A stretch of 64,000 nt of DNA from Harriotta raleighana (lineage: Eukaryota). The position numbers and the translations under genes are program-made. Shown here one piece after another: positions 21,380-34,126 of this stretch; position 1 is the stretch's first letter, and every line of letters starts with the position of its first letter. The stretch covers positions 225,360-289,359 of the forward strand of contig JBNZDD010013398.1 of NCBI GenBank assembly GCA_050575255.1. Direction: 5' to 3'. Under the pieces are notes generated by a model. It ran no database searches. It saw only the letters and a program-made list of their open reading frames with translations, and was not told the DNA's origin.

Positions 21380-23857
21380 ATGCATGGAATGGTGGAGCCC
21401 AGCATCACCGGGATATTAAACCGCTTGGCGATGCATTTTATTGTCCTGCTGTTCGCCTGCGACATGGTTTCTGGACAGATTCGGTACATGATCCCCGAGG
21501 AACTGGAGCTCGGCGCCTTTGTGGGAAATATCGCCGAAGATCTGGGATTAAACCTTCGACAATTATCGGCTCGGAAATTTAGACTGGTCTCCGATGAAGG
21601 CAAACGAAACCTAGAGGTAAATCCAGAGAACGGAATTGTTTTTGTCAATGAAAGAATCGACAGGGAGCGGCTTTGTGAACAGAGCCCCACTTGTTCCCTT
21701 TCTTTCGAGGTAATAGTCACAAACCCTTTGGAAGTGCACCGTGTCGCTGTCGAGATATTAGACATTAATGATAATTCACCTAGTTTTCCGAAGAGTGAAT
21801 TTTTCTTGGAAATCTCCGAGTTGATACCGCCCGGTGCTCGATTCCCTCTCGAGAGCGCGTACGATCCTGACGTCGGCAAAAACAGTATCAGGACTTATCA
21901 AATCAGTTCAAATGAATATTTCAATCTGAACCTGCAGGTCACAAGTGATGGCAACAAAATATCCGAGTTGTTATTAGAAAAATCATTGGATCGCGAACGG
22001 CAGTCAGAATATCATCTAACCCTGACGGCAATTGATGGTGGGGTACCAGAGAGATCTGGCACAGCTCAAATTATTATCAAGGTGGTGGACGCCAATGATA
22101 ACGCACCTGTGTTTGATCATGAACTGTACAAAACGAGTTTACCGGAAAATACACCTAAAGATACATTAGTCATCAAAATCAATGCTGCTGATGTGGACGA
22201 AGGTACAAATGGCGCAGTTAAATATTTTTTCAGTAATCATGCTTCTCAAAGAGTCCGCGAGTTGTTTAGCCTGGAGCCAGAAACAGGCGAGATTAAAGTG
22301 AAAGGAGTCCTTGATTTTGAAGGATCCAACGGTTACGAACTTGCTGTACAAGGTATGGACAATGGCTCGCCCGCAATGACGGGACATGCCAAGGTGATTG
22401 TGGGAATATCCGACGTGAATGACAACGCCCCTGAGATAAAAGTCACCTTATTGTCTAACACGATTCCTGAAAATTCTGAAGCCGGAACGCTGATAGCTTT
22501 GATCAGTGTCACAGACCGCGATTCTGGTAAAAACGGAGAGGTTCACTGTCAGATTCCCACCAGCATACCATTTAAATTACACTTGACTTCCAAGAACCAC
22601 TATAGGTTGGTGAGCAGCGGCGTGCTGGATCGTGAGGCTATTTCCATGTACAATATATTAGTATCAGCTTGGGACGCTGGATCGCCGCCTCTTTTGACAA
22701 ACAAAACAATAACGGTGTCACTTGCTGATGTAAACGACAATGCCCCCCGATTTACACAAAGCGCATATACTGTTTACGTGACAGAAAACAATGCCCCAGG
22801 GGCTACTATTTTCACAGTTACTGCACTGGATCCTGATTTGGAGCAGAATGGATATGTATCATATTCTGTACTACCATCGCGGGTTAAGGAGATTGCTGTG
22901 TCTACTTACATCAGCATCAACTCAAACAATGGGAATATCCACGCGTTACAATCGTTCGATTACGAGCAGCAAAAGACAATACAGTTCCAAGTTCAAGCCA
23001 AGGATTCTGGAGTTCCTCCTCTTTGGAGCAAATGTACAGTGAAAGTGATTGTTTTGGATCAAAATGATAATGCTCCGATGATTGTCTCCCCATTAGCGTG
23101 GAATCAGTCAATATCGATTAGGTTAAAGTCTCAAACTCTGTATCCAGGTTACTTGGTGACCAAGATAATTGCAACAGATGCCGATTCAGGGCAGAACGCA
23201 CGGCTTTCTTACCGTCTAGTCAAATCCACCGACTCTAGTTTATTCAGTGTTGGACTGTTTTCCGGAGAAATCAAAACAATCCGGAGATACATGGATAAAG
23301 ATGCGGGAACACAGTTTCTGTCCATTCTGGTGAGCGACAATGGACAACCTTCCCTCTCGGCCTCCGTAACTGTTTCTTTTTCAGTAGCCACCAATGCGAC
23401 TGAAAAACATTTGGAACGTGTTGACTTGGTTCATAGTCCAGCTACGACTTTTTCCGATCTAAATCTTTATTTGATAATTACTTTCGGCTCAACCACGTTG
23501 ATATTTCTGCTCACCATAATTATTCTGGTCGCTATCAAATGTCATCAAGATAGAAATGGTATTCACGAGTACAACTCCATGCATTGTTGTTGGATTCACA
23601 GGAATTTGAGAAGTTCCAGAGATGCATCAATTCGGAATGGAGCAACGGCTCTAAATTACACTGGAGCCCGGGAAAGAGTTTCCATGCCTGGGGCTTACAA
23701 TTATAACAACGGTCTGTCTCCGGAATCAGTAAAAAGCGACTTTCTCTTTTTAAGTACTTGCAATTCAAACGCACTGGCGAGTACTGTCAAAGTCACTGAT
23801 ACCAATGTGACCAAAGAATTTGTGCAGGAAATAGTTTTTGGGAAGAACAGATGCTGA
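21380..23857 (+). CDS. Clustered protocadherin, single-exon type (unit 7, group A); start may be 21389
   Basis: Intact 825-aa ORF, 6 EC, TM, LSPESVKSDFLFLS tail. Confidence 0.95.
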   Translation: MHGMVEPSITGILNRLAMHFIVLLFACDMVSGQIRYMIPEELELGAFVGNIAEDLGLNLRQLSARKFRLVSDEGKRNLEVNPENGIVFVNERIDRERLCEQSPTCSLSFEVIVTNPLEVHRVAVEILDINDNSPSFPKSEFFLEISELIPPGARFPLESAYDPDVGKNSIRTYQISSNEYFNLNLQVTSDGNKISELLLEKSLDRERQSEYHLTLTAIDGGVPERSGTAQIIIKVVDANDNAPVFDHELYKTSLPENTPKDTLVIKINAADVDEGTNGAVKYFFSNHASQRVRELFSLEPETGEIKVKGVLDFEGSNGYELAVQGMDNGSPAMTGHAKVIVGISDVNDNAPEIKVTLLSNTIPENSEAGTLIALISVTDRDSGKNGEVHCQIPTSIPFKLHLTSKNHYRLVSSGVLDREAISMYNILVSAWDAGSPPLLTNKTITVSLADVNDNAPRFTQSAYTVYVTENNAPGATIFTVTALDPDLEQNGYVSYSVLPSRVKEIAVSTYISINSNNGNIHALQSFDYEQQKTIQFQVQAKDSGVPPLWSKCTVKVIVLDQNDNAPMIVSPLAWNQSISIRLKSQTLYPGYLVTKIIATDADSGQNARLSYRLVKSTDSSLFSVGLFSGEIKTIRRYMDKDAGTQFLSILVSDNGQPSLSASVTVSFSVATNATEKHLERVDLVHSPATTFSDLNLYLIITFGSTTLIFLLTIIILVAIKCHQDRNGIHEYNSMHCCWIHRNLRSSRDASIRNGATALNYTGARERVSMPGAYNYNNGLSPESVKSDFLFLSTCNSNALASTVKVTDTNVTKEFVQEIVFGKNRC

Positions 23858-24886
23858 TTGGCATAGGTGAGGCATTCATTAGCCCGTGACAACCTGATTA
23901 TGGCCATTTCAATTCATATTATGAATTTGCAATCATCCCCTCATCGACATATATGTAATGATGATACCAGGTAACCAATTTTGAAAAGCTCCTAATACCG
24001 TAAAAAACAGAGATTACATTTTACAGTAATGGTAACATTGGTTAGTGCTCGGGGACCACCTATCACGAATTCAGTTTAATTTAGCCAAATAATCTGTTTT
24101 ATGCGCAATAATCTAACATTTTAAAACATTTGTATTTTGATAGAACAGATGATATCTGTGGCCTCGACATTACTTTCATCTAAAGTAAAATGCAACGAAG
24201 AATTCTATCATGGTTTTGTAATCCGAAAAATTCCCCCACCACCCCTCAAAGTGGTAGCACAGCATTGCAAAGCTGTTTTATTACCAGGTATGTTTCCCTC
24301 TGCCTTTGTGTTCCTGGACATAAGACTTGAAGCTATGTTCGTGGAAGGGCTCCAATGAGATGCCAATTCTACTTTCCAGGGACATGCTTATTGTCTGCTT
24401 CATTACAATGGATTAACGCAATGATGAGTATTAGGTAATTTAGGCGAACTATTTATTATTTTGATCGTATCACGTTGATCGTTGGGGAACAGAATGCAAA
24501 ATATGCTACAGCCTGTTGTTATTGTCATTGAATAATAATAAGGGATCCCAAATGAATCTTTCAAATGACACTATTCCCAATTACAGTGATGAATTGTTTT
24601 TATTACAAGCACTGGCCAAGACGAAATATTTTATTCAGTTAACACAAACGGTTTTTAAATGGCTTTGTTGGGGAAGCAGATATTATTATGCGGATAGATT
24701 CGTATAGCATATCAATACATGGGATACTTTATAATGTCAATCATATAAGATAATATAAGTAACAATGCAGTTGTTAATACATAGGAACTTGTAAAATACG
24801 AAGAATGGTATTTTGGTTCCAGGGTAGAAATATAAATTTTTCATTGGTATTAACCTTGAAGCAGTTCGCCTTTAAGGAGCGCTCAT

Positions 24887-24956
24887 TGCAATTATTGGCC
24901 AGGACTCTTTGTGTCGCTGTCTACCAATAAGGAGAGAAAACGTTCCTGGAGATCTA
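24887..24956 (+). promoter_or_regulatory. Pcdh CSE promoter (unit 8)
   Basis: TGCAATTATTGG...GTGTCGCTGTCTACCAATAAG (24911-24931)...GAGATCTA. Confidence 0.9.
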
Positions 24957-25192
24957 TCGCCCCTCCCACATAGAAGGAGCAGATCAGACAATCGCCGAGG
25001 AAGCTGGCGTTCACGTCAGGCAAACCAGACCAGCTCCGAGAGTGATCAGTCCCCCTTTATTTTGTCTATTTCCCACATTTCAATTCAGCATTTTTGGCAG
25101 ACTCGCGGATGTATTGTAACCTCAGTTGGACATACAGCAATTGGTGAGCGATTTGTTGCCTTTGTTCATATCGAAAACTGGATGCAGCAAAA

Positions 25193-27625
25193 ATGGCGAA
25201 TTCGTGCGGCAGGATTCTAACATCCACGGTGCTTCCACTTGTTTTCCTGCTTTGTGCCTGGGACCTTTGTGTTGGAGAAATTCGCTACTCGATTCCCGAG
25301 GAACAGGAACGCGGTACGTTTGTTGGCAACATCGTTCTTGATATTGGACTGACCGTTCGCATGTTAGCAGCTCGCGAATTCCGGCTGGTTTCTGATGAGC
25401 CAAAGCAATATTTCAAAGTGAAGTTAGAAAGCGGCGTTTTGTTTGTGAATGAAAGGATCGACAGAGAAGAACTGTGCGGGCAAAGCGATGCCTGCTCCCT
25501 GTTTTTTAAGATAATAGTCAAAAACCCGTTGGAAATATTTCGAGTGGAAGTGGAGATAAAGGATATAAACGACAATTCCCCCGGTTTTCCGAAGACTGAA
25601 TTCTCCTTGCGGATCGGGGAATCGATTGCTCCGGGAGCTCGCTTCCCTCTTGAAAGCGCGCACGATCCGGATGTGGGCGCAAACGGCATTAAGTCTTACC
25701 GAATCAGTTCGAATCAATACTTTGGCCTAAAAATGCAGGAGGGAAGTGATGGCAGTAAAAGTGCCGATTTGTTGCTGGAGAGGGCCTTGGATCGCGAACT
25801 CGAATCAACCTTTAAGCTGCTGCTGACAGCCATGGACGGTGGAGTTCCAGAGCGTTCGGGGACAGCTCACATTACAATTAATATAGTGGACGCCAATGAT
25901 AACGCACCTTTATTTGATATGCAAGTTTACAGGGCCAGTTTGCTAGAAAACTCACCCAAGGGAGCTTCTGTGACCAGAATCCACGCTACTGATTTGGACC
26001 AAGGTGCCAATGCTGAGATAAGATATTCCTTTAGCAACCGCGCATCCAAGAGAGTCCGTGACTTGTTCAGTGTGGACTCGGAATCTGGGGACATTAACGT
26101 TAAAGGTTCACTGGATTTCGAAGAATCAAATACTTATGAACTCAATGTGGAAGCTACTGACAGCGGCCAACCAGCTATGACAGGATACTCCAAGGTCCTG
26201 GTGGAGTTGATTGATGTGAACGATAACGCTCCCGAAGTGAAGCCCACGTTAGTCTCCGGCATGCTCTCAGAGAACACTCCAGTTGGGACCGTTGTAGCCC
26301 TGGTTAGTATAATGGACTCGGATTCTGGAAAAAACGCTAATGTACGATGTCAAATTCCCACTGGCATCCCTTTTAAACTTCAGCCAGTTGTGAAGAATCA
26401 CTATCAGTTAATTACAACCGGTGGATTGGACCGTGAATCGAAATCAACGTACAATATCTCTATCGTGGCCAGGGATGACGGATCACCGCCGCTAACAACA
26501 AACAAAACAATATTAGTCACCGTTTCAGATGTAAACGACAACTCACCACGCTTTACGCAATCCTTATACACTGTTTATGTGACAGAAAACAACACCCCTG
26601 GTACTTCTATATTCCACGTCACGGCAGTAGATGTTGATGCTGAACAGAATGCACATGTGACATATTCTGTCTGGGAGAATCCGATGGAGGATGTGACGGC
26701 TTCCGCTTATATCAGTCTCAGCGCTAACAATGGAGACATTTACGCACTGCAATCGTTTGACTACGAACAGCTGAAGAGTTTTCAATTCGAAGTTCGAGCT
26801 CAGGATTTCGGAATCCCCCCGCTGAGCAGCAGAGCTCGAGTTAAAGTCATTGTTTTGGATCAAAACGACAACCCTCCGCTCGTTGTTTCTCCCCCATCGT
26901 GGAATGGATCCGCCTCGGTGGATGTTGTGCCTCAATCAGTATATCCGGGCTATCTGGTCACCAAAGTGATTGCAACCGACGCCGATTCGGGGCAGAACGC
27001 ACGACTTTCCTACCTGACCACAACCGATTCCAGTTTATTCAGTGTCGGCCGCCATTCTGGGGATGTCAGAACAACCCGCAGAATTCTGGATGAAGACTTA
27101 ACCACTCAACGTTTGACTATTCTGGTAAAGGACAACGGGCAACCCACTCTCTCCACCTTGGTCACTATTTCTTTCTCAATCGGTGTCAATGTGACTGAAA
27201 AGCCCCTGGAGCGCACAGACGTGTATAGAAAGCCAGCCCCATTCTCCGAACTAAATTTCTTTTTGATAATTACTTTGGGAGCAACCTCCTTGATATTCCT
27301 CGTGACCATAATCATCCTTTTCGCGATAAAATGCCACCAGGATGGGAATCACATTTACGGATACGGTTCCACAATATGCTGTTGGAGGCACAGGAATCTG
27401 AGGAGTTCCCGGGACGTGTCCAATAGGCATTCTGCACAGAACGAATTTCACAATTATCCTGGGGAAAGGGTACCGATGCCCGGGGCTTACAATTATAATG
27501 TGTGTCTGTCTCCCGAATCAGCGAAGTCTGACTTTTTATTTTTAAGTACCTGCAACCCAACCATGCCAATGAGCAGTGTGAAGGCCAACCGCAGCAACTT
27601 AAGTCAAGAGGTTTCAGGCCAATAG
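25193..27625 (+). CDS. Clustered protocadherin, single-exon type (unit 8, group A)
   Basis: Intact 810-aa ORF, 6 EC, TM, YNYNVCLSPESAKSDFLFLS. Confidence 0.95.
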   Translation: MANSCGRILTSTVLPLVFLLCAWDLCVGEIRYSIPEEQERGTFVGNIVLDIGLTVRMLAAREFRLVSDEPKQYFKVKLESGVLFVNERIDREELCGQSDACSLFFKIIVKNPLEIFRVEVEIKDINDNSPGFPKTEFSLRIGESIAPGARFPLESAHDPDVGANGIKSYRISSNQYFGLKMQEGSDGSKSADLLLERALDRELESTFKLLLTAMDGGVPERSGTAHITINIVDANDNAPLFDMQVYRASLLENSPKGASVTRIHATDLDQGANAEIRYSFSNRASKRVRDLFSVDSESGDINVKGSLDFEESNTYELNVEATDSGQPAMTGYSKVLVELIDVNDNAPEVKPTLVSGMLSENTPVGTVVALVSIMDSDSGKNANVRCQIPTGIPFKLQPVVKNHYQLITTGGLDRESKSTYNISIVARDDGSPPLTTNKTILVTVSDVNDNSPRFTQSLYTVYVTENNTPGTSIFHVTAVDVDAEQNAHVTYSVWENPMEDVTASAYISLSANNGDIYALQSFDYEQLKSFQFEVRAQDFGIPPLSSRARVKVIVLDQNDNPPLVVSPPSWNGSASVDVVPQSVYPGYLVTKVIATDADSGQNARLSYLTTTDSSLFSVGRHSGDVRTTRRILDEDLTTQRLTILVKDNGQPTLSTLVTISFSIGVNVTEKPLERTDVYRKPAPFSELNFFLIITLGATSLIFLVTIIILFAIKCHQDGNHIYGYGSTICCWRHRNLRSSRDVSNRHSAQNEFHNYPGERVPMPGAYNYNVCLSPESAKSDFLFLSTCNPTMPMSSVKANRSNLSQEVSGQ

Positions 27626-28461
27626 TGGGAATTGACTCAATTGGGTCAGACATTAGTTAAGTTACATTTTAGATTAACTTTGATTAACATGAAGTGTCTT
27701 TGCACTCTTGTAATATACTCATTTGTTTGATGGCCAATTTGCATTGAGGAATATTTTGGTGATATTATAAACCCAACCTCTATTGTTGTTTTAGGTACAA
27801 GTGAAACACTTAATTCGGAATTGTTTTTGATGATTTTCGTTTGATCTTATTTCCTTATTGTATTAAATTGCAAATTATAAAAGGAAAATGGACAAGTCCA
27901 CGATCTAAAATAATTTTCTATCGTTTCTTACCTGATCAGTTTTCCTTCATTTTACATGTTCTTGTCACGTGAAAAGATTCATCTCATTTACTCGATTTAT
28001 GTTATTTGTCTTCTGTGTTGTTACATGTGGCAATATAATAGAAATCTTGATGGAATATTGCAAAGTTAGTTTTGTTGCAGGCATGCTATGCATTCTATGT
28101 TGAATAAGTTTTCAATCACCTTCAATTCAAAGTGCTATAAACGATGGTTGTGGTGTGGGAACCCTGGTTAAATGTTGTATAATTACGCCAAGACTCAAAC
28201 GATACTCATTTCATGCCAAATAACTTCCCACTTTTGATCAGCTAAAACGAATAGCCTTGAAAGCAACATATGATTCTACTTGTATTCATGCCTTTTTTTC
28301 TCTATGGTCATTAGAGACATCAATGAGAAATTAAAATAGGACCTCTTACCAATTAAATAAGACAACAGATATCCATAATTTACCAAGCGATATGTTGGCT
28401 ACACGATAATATATGATGGCTGATTGAGAATATAGACAGTCTAGCTTTAAATAACGTTGAG

Positions 28462-28531
28462 TGCAGTTTTGGGGCGTAACAGTTTGTGTCGCTGTCTACC
28501 AATAAGAAGCAGAAACGTTCTTGGAGATCCA
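28462..28531 (+). promoter_or_regulatory. Pcdh CSE promoter (unit 9)
   Basis: TGCAG...GTGTCGCTGTCTACCAATAAG (28486-28506)...GAGATCCA. Confidence 0.9.
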
Positions 28532-28739
28532 TCAGCACTCCTCCATCGCCATAACGCAGAGAAGAATCAAAGAGACAGCCTGTATTTGCGCCTTGGAGTC
28601 TTGATCGGACAAACAAAGGCCCAGCCTTGGTAATTAACGATCTTAATTCTGTATTTCTGTGTGTTAGTAGTCGCAATTTACGGCAACACGCAGACTATGA
28701 TGTGATCTGAATCAGTGTTTTTAAACAGAATTGGAAAGA

Positions 28740-31163
28740 ATGGCGAATTCACGTAGCGGAGAGATGTTAACTGGCATGGCGATTCAGCTCATCTTCCTGC
28801 TGTCTGCCTCGGATTTAATATGGGGATTAATTCGGTATTCGATTCCCGAGGAGATGGAGCGCGGAGCTTTTGTGGGAAATATTGCTGAAGATTTGGGCCT
28901 GAAGGTTTGGGAATTGTCTGCTCGGAAATTTGGATTGGTGTCTGATGAGAGAAAGCAATATTTCCAGGTAAACTCCGCAAATGGGAATTTGTTTGTGAAT
29001 GGGAGAATCGATAGAGAGCAGTTGTGCGGACAACGCAATGTGTGTACCCTTTCTTGCCAAGCCATGATGGAAAATCCTTTCCAAACATACCGCTTTGAAG
29101 TGGAGATCTTAGATATAAACGACAATTCACCTAGTTTCCCGATGAGCCGATATTCCTTGCAAGTGCCCGAGTCGGTTGCACCAGGGACGCGCTTCCCTCT
29201 CGAGAGCGCGCAAGACCCCGACGTGGGAACAAATGCAATCAGAATTTACGAGATCAGTCCAAACGATCAATTCGTTCTGCATGTACGGACCACAAGGGAT
29301 GGGAAGAAGGTGGCTGAATTGGTGTTAGAAAAGTCTTTGGACCGAGAACAGCAATCTAATCTTCATCTTACCCTGAAAGCTATAGATGGAGGAGAACCGG
29401 AGAGATCTGGTGTAACACAGATTATAATTGATGTGGTGGATGTCAACGATAACGCCCCTGTATTTGACAATGATTTATACAGGGCACGTTTGAAGGAAAA
29501 CTCGCCCAGGGGTACCTTGGTAATTGAAATTTACGCTGTTGATGCGGACGAAGATTCAAATGGCGAGGTGCGATATTTTTTCAGTAAACACGCTTCGAAA
29601 AAAGTGCGTGAAATATTTAGAATAGATCAGGAATCAGGAGCGATTAGAGTTCAAGGAATAATCGATTTTGAAGAATCGGATGGGTATGAGTTTTCTGTTG
29701 AAGCTATGGATAACTGCGCAGTGGCTTTGGTGGGACATTCCAAGGTTTTGGTGGAAATAATTGACGTGAACGACAACGCTCCTGAGATACAGATCACCAT
29801 ATTTTCCAGCACGGTTCCCGAGGACACCGCTCCCGAGACACTAGTAGCTTTAATCAGCGTCACAGACCGAGATTCTGGGCGAAACGGAGATGTTCAATGC
29901 CAGATTTCCACTAAAGTTCCTTTCAAACTTCAAAAGAATTCTGAGAACCATTACAAATTGGTTTCGAGTAATAAATTGGATCGTGAAACCAAACCTTTGT
30001 ACAATATATCAATATCGGCTTGGGACAATGGGTCTCCACCTCTCTCTACAAACAAATCCATGATGATATTAGTTTCTGATGTAAATGACAACGCACCACG
30101 GTTTGAAAAGCCTTCATACAATATATATGTGGCAGAAAACAATTTACCCGGGGCCTCTATTTATGTAATTACTGCCATAGACCCTGATCTGAATGAAAAC
30201 TCCGACCTTTCATATTCTGTCCTGATCCAGGATTCTGCGGTGACGTCTTATATTAGCATCAACCCAAACAATGGGAATATCCATGCTTTGCGCTCGTTTG
30301 ACTACGAAGAGCAAAAGAACTTTGAGTTTCAAGTTGAAGCCCGTGATACTGGGATGCCTTCTCTGAGTGGCACCACCAAAGTTCATGTCATTATTCTGGA
30401 TCAAAACGACAACGCCCCCGTCATTGTATCGCCGTTAACATGGAATGGATCGGCTGTTGTGGGAGATGTGCCTCTCTCAGCCTATCCAGGATACTTGGTC
30501 ACGAAGGTGGTGGCAACGGATGCCGATTCCGGTCAAAACGCACGACTTTCATACCAGGTGCTCAAAGCTACAGCTCCCAGTTTATTCAGTGTGGGGCAAT
30601 ACTCTGGAGAAATTAGAAGCGCCCGCAGTTTTTCAGACCAAACCCCAATCACACAAATTCTAGTCATCTTGGTGAAGGACAATGGGCAACCCACCCTCTC
30701 GGCTTCTGTGACGATTTTATTTTCAATGGCTGCCAATGTGACTGAAAGACTCTCTGAGCGTGCTAATTTATATCACGAAAATCCCACCTCTTTCTCTGAT
30801 CTGAATATATATTTGATTATCACCTTTGCTTCCACTTCGTTCATATTTCTGATCACCATAATTATCCTCGTCGCTGTCAAATGCCACCAATCGAGAAATA
30901 TCACATATGGCTACAAATCGACTATTTGCTGTTGGAGACTTGAGAATTCACAGGACAGGTATAATCGTCGACCAATTCGAAGGGATTGTTTGAATTACGC
31001 CGGAGTTGGAGAACGCGTCGCTGTTCCAGGTCCTTATAATTACAGGGTTTCATTGTCCCCAGAATCAGCAAAAAGTGACTTTCTGTTTCTGGGTACCTGT
31101 AATTCAACCATACCCATGAGTTCTATGAAAGCCACTGACACGAATGTGACAAAAGAATTTTAA
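28740..31163 (+). CDS. Clustered protocadherin, single-exon type (unit 9, group A)
   Basis: Intact ORF MANSRSGE..., 6 EC, TM, YNYRVSLSPESAKSDFLFLG; ends TAA TAG. Confidence 0.95.
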   Translation: MANSRSGEMLTGMAIQLIFLLSASDLIWGLIRYSIPEEMERGAFVGNIAEDLGLKVWELSARKFGLVSDERKQYFQVNSANGNLFVNGRIDREQLCGQRNVCTLSCQAMMENPFQTYRFEVEILDINDNSPSFPMSRYSLQVPESVAPGTRFPLESAQDPDVGTNAIRIYEISPNDQFVLHVRTTRDGKKVAELVLEKSLDREQQSNLHLTLKAIDGGEPERSGVTQIIIDVVDVNDNAPVFDNDLYRARLKENSPRGTLVIEIYAVDADEDSNGEVRYFFSKHASKKVREIFRIDQESGAIRVQGIIDFEESDGYEFSVEAMDNCAVALVGHSKVLVEIIDVNDNAPEIQITIFSSTVPEDTAPETLVALISVTDRDSGRNGDVQCQISTKVPFKLQKNSENHYKLVSSNKLDRETKPLYNISISAWDNGSPPLSTNKSMMILVSDVNDNAPRFEKPSYNIYVAENNLPGASIYVITAIDPDLNENSDLSYSVLIQDSAVTSYISINPNNGNIHALRSFDYEEQKNFEFQVEARDTGMPSLSGTTKVHVIILDQNDNAPVIVSPLTWNGSAVVGDVPLSAYPGYLVTKVVATDADSGQNARLSYQVLKATAPSLFSVGQYSGEIRSARSFSDQTPITQILVILVKDNGQPTLSASVTILFSMAANVTERLSERANLYHENPTSFSDLNIYLIITFASTSFIFLITIIILVAVKCHQSRNITYGYKSTICCWRLENSQDRYNRRPIRRDCLNYAGVGERVAVPGPYNYRVSLSPESAKSDFLFLGTCNSTIPMSSMKATDTNVTKEF

Positions 31164-33816
31164 TAGGAAACGATTACATGGAGCAACAGATCCTGGTTAA
31201 CATTGGTGAGGCATCGATTTAAAAATAGAATGTAATTGTTGCATAATTGCTTTTCTCTCAGGATTTAAAATTAATTTTCTGGCTTTCTAAACGGACATAC
31301 ATATTTGAGGGTACATAAGAGACCAGATTGTGATTTGACAAGATCTTCCCAATTTAGGCTAATAGAGTGACATTATATTCGACAGCTCTCATAATTACAG
31401 GTGACGTGAAGAAATTCCTGGATTGTTTTTACAGATGATTTAATTATGGATTGCATACTTATATTCTAGACTATTTTATATCCAGAGGTCATCAATCTTA
31501 ACTCTTTTCAAGCTATTGCTGTTTGTGTTTACCATTTTATCAGTTTAATGGTTCAATATTTTTAACCAATAATACTGTAGTTGTCCAATATATGTATACT
31601 GTGATTAATTGAATGCAACAGATTAACCCTACAATATAATTTTCTCTCTCCAATTAAAGCAACCAGACTCTCCAACACAAAGAGAGATGAGAACTGTGAA
31701 TGGACATTTATGGGAAAATAAGATCCCGTCAAGAGCAAACGCATACTTGTTTTCGAAGAATACAAAAGGTTTGAATCAATGACTAGCTGAAGATTTTATT
31801 GTTTAAATGCTGTAACTGCGTATCTTTTCAAAACCTTTTAAGATCCTATAAACATCTAAAAGGTCGAACAGTACTGAGGTATTTTGCAAGATTTGTAATG
31901 TCCTGAAGAATAGAGGATCATTGGGGATCACTGATAATTCTTAATTTACATTGTGTGAATATCAGTTGTTTTTACTTACAGTAACATTTGTTTGAACAAC
32001 TGAAATAGTTTAAAATTGTATATAATCATGAATTACTTCACTAATCATTGTATCCAAACGAAAAATCTGCTTAATTAGACTATGGACTATTTCTCTACAA
32101 AACCCAAAATAACAAGCATCAGAGATTTTGAAAAATATGCCTGTGGTATTACTTGTATATTATATTTAATTTAAAAAATTGTAAGCCATTTAATCGCATT
32201 AAGATGACATTAAATGGATGCTTCTTCAGTTGCTAACAAACATTTACAAGAATGATGTACTGTTTATCTACTAAGATTAAGTTTACAGTGATAAATTTCA
32301 TTTTTGTTCAAGACACGCTATTGAGCCCAGAAAAACGTTTTGCATTTAATGATATCAATCAAAATCAAAATTTTATTTATATAGCGCCTTTGAAGGAGTA
32401 TTTGCTTTGTACAATACCTGTGCTCAAATAACCATATATCATTGCATGACGTACAATCCAATCGATGTACTGTGGACAAAATCATTGTCTTCAAATTATA
32501 TTATTAAATAATGTTTCTGATAGCAAGAATCACCAGACTTGAAGAAATTGTTGAATGAAAACACAAGAGTGGCAATTTCATTTGTAACACAATCTCCCAC
32601 CTTGTCTGTAACAATATGAAGTTATGACAATTCTATTTGTGTGTCGTAAAGATCGTTTCAAATAAGATGTTTGTCGAAATGCAAAATGAACATGTTGTTG
32701 TATTTCCACAATAGTCTATTGAAAACACATCTTATTTGTATCTGATCCAGTTTCGCATCCAATTCATTGGATAATGCATTGTAATAGTAGTAGCATTTTG
32801 GCAAAGCAGCAATACATTATATTAAAACATGTAAGTGTTGACAAATTCACAAGAGTTAAAAATGTTTGTATTTTGTTGTCCAATTGTTAACACTTCATAA
32901 TATTAGTTCCAGATGAATATTTGAAAGTTATCAGATGCAATAGTAACCGGTATTCTCAATCTAGTTTGAATATAAATAATGTAGTAAACAAACCTCAGTT
33001 ATGACTGGCTAGCATTTTTATTTGTTTTCTTTGTGTATGTATGTTTTAGGATATTAAACAACATTTTACTGATACCTTTAATGTTGCCCCTCATATGCAT
33101 TTAATTGAGGCAACTTGCATCTTGACAATTATTCATCACCGAGCGGATTATAATATTTATGAGCCGAATCTGTTATACTTGATCACTTGCAGAACTCTCC
33201 CATTCTCTGTGGGGATGTTTGCAGAAGGGCCCATATGGTGAATTTTATCAGTCAGTGACAAATTAATTTGTACAATAATTACATACAAGTAGAAGATATG
33301 TAAACATGCCACTTCTGGAATTGTAAATCTCATAAAGATTCAAAAGGTCGTGCCAGAAATAGATGTACACATTTTATCATATAATTAGGATGCAATGTGT
33401 TCTGAACTTCACATCCACATTATTTTAATTCTGGTATTATTTGACTTTTTTTTAATCTATGTGAATATTATTTCCTAGGGTCTCGAGATGATTTTTTATT
33501 TAAAAAAAATTAGAAACGTAAGTAATGGTTACTGCTACTGTTGTAGTCCGGCAAAATTTCTTTTAAACTAAGGAGAAATTCAATTATAGTAGATCAATTG
33601 CTAAATTTGCTATGTAAACTATAACAAATTAATAAAAAGATGTTCTGTTTCAATTTGATAATGGAATTTAAACAGTGAAAATCTAATGGTTTGGTGTTTC
33701 AAGGTAAGACAGGAATTATTACAATTCATTTCACATATTTTGGTTGGACACTCCAAATGACTGTGGCTCACTGTTAATATTATTGTCACTACAGTCTACC
33801 TTTAAGAAATGCTTGT

Positions 33817-33886
33817 TGTAGTTATTGGCCAGTACTCTTTGTGTCGCTGTCTTCCAATAAGAACATAAAACGTCATTGGGGATCCA
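33817..33886 (+). promoter_or_regulatory. Pcdh CSE promoter (unit 10)
   Basis: TGTAGTTATTGG...GTGTCGCTGTCTTCCAATAAG (33841-33861)...GGATCCA. Confidence 0.9.
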
Positions 33887-34126
33887 TCAGCCCTCCCCAC
33901 CTCCATACGCACAACAGAGTCAAAGAGAAAGGCGAATCATTCCTGCGTTTTCAACCGTGGTGCAGTGGTCGGAACGAGATGTCTTGCCTTTTTGTTTCTT
34001 AGTTCATAGGGGGACTCGTTTCATACAGGTCCCACCCTGTAATTGGATTTAGCGATAGAATCGACCAGCGATTGCAAATAACAAGCGATGTTTTACACGT
34101 TTACACCGGGACAGAATTCGCGAGCA

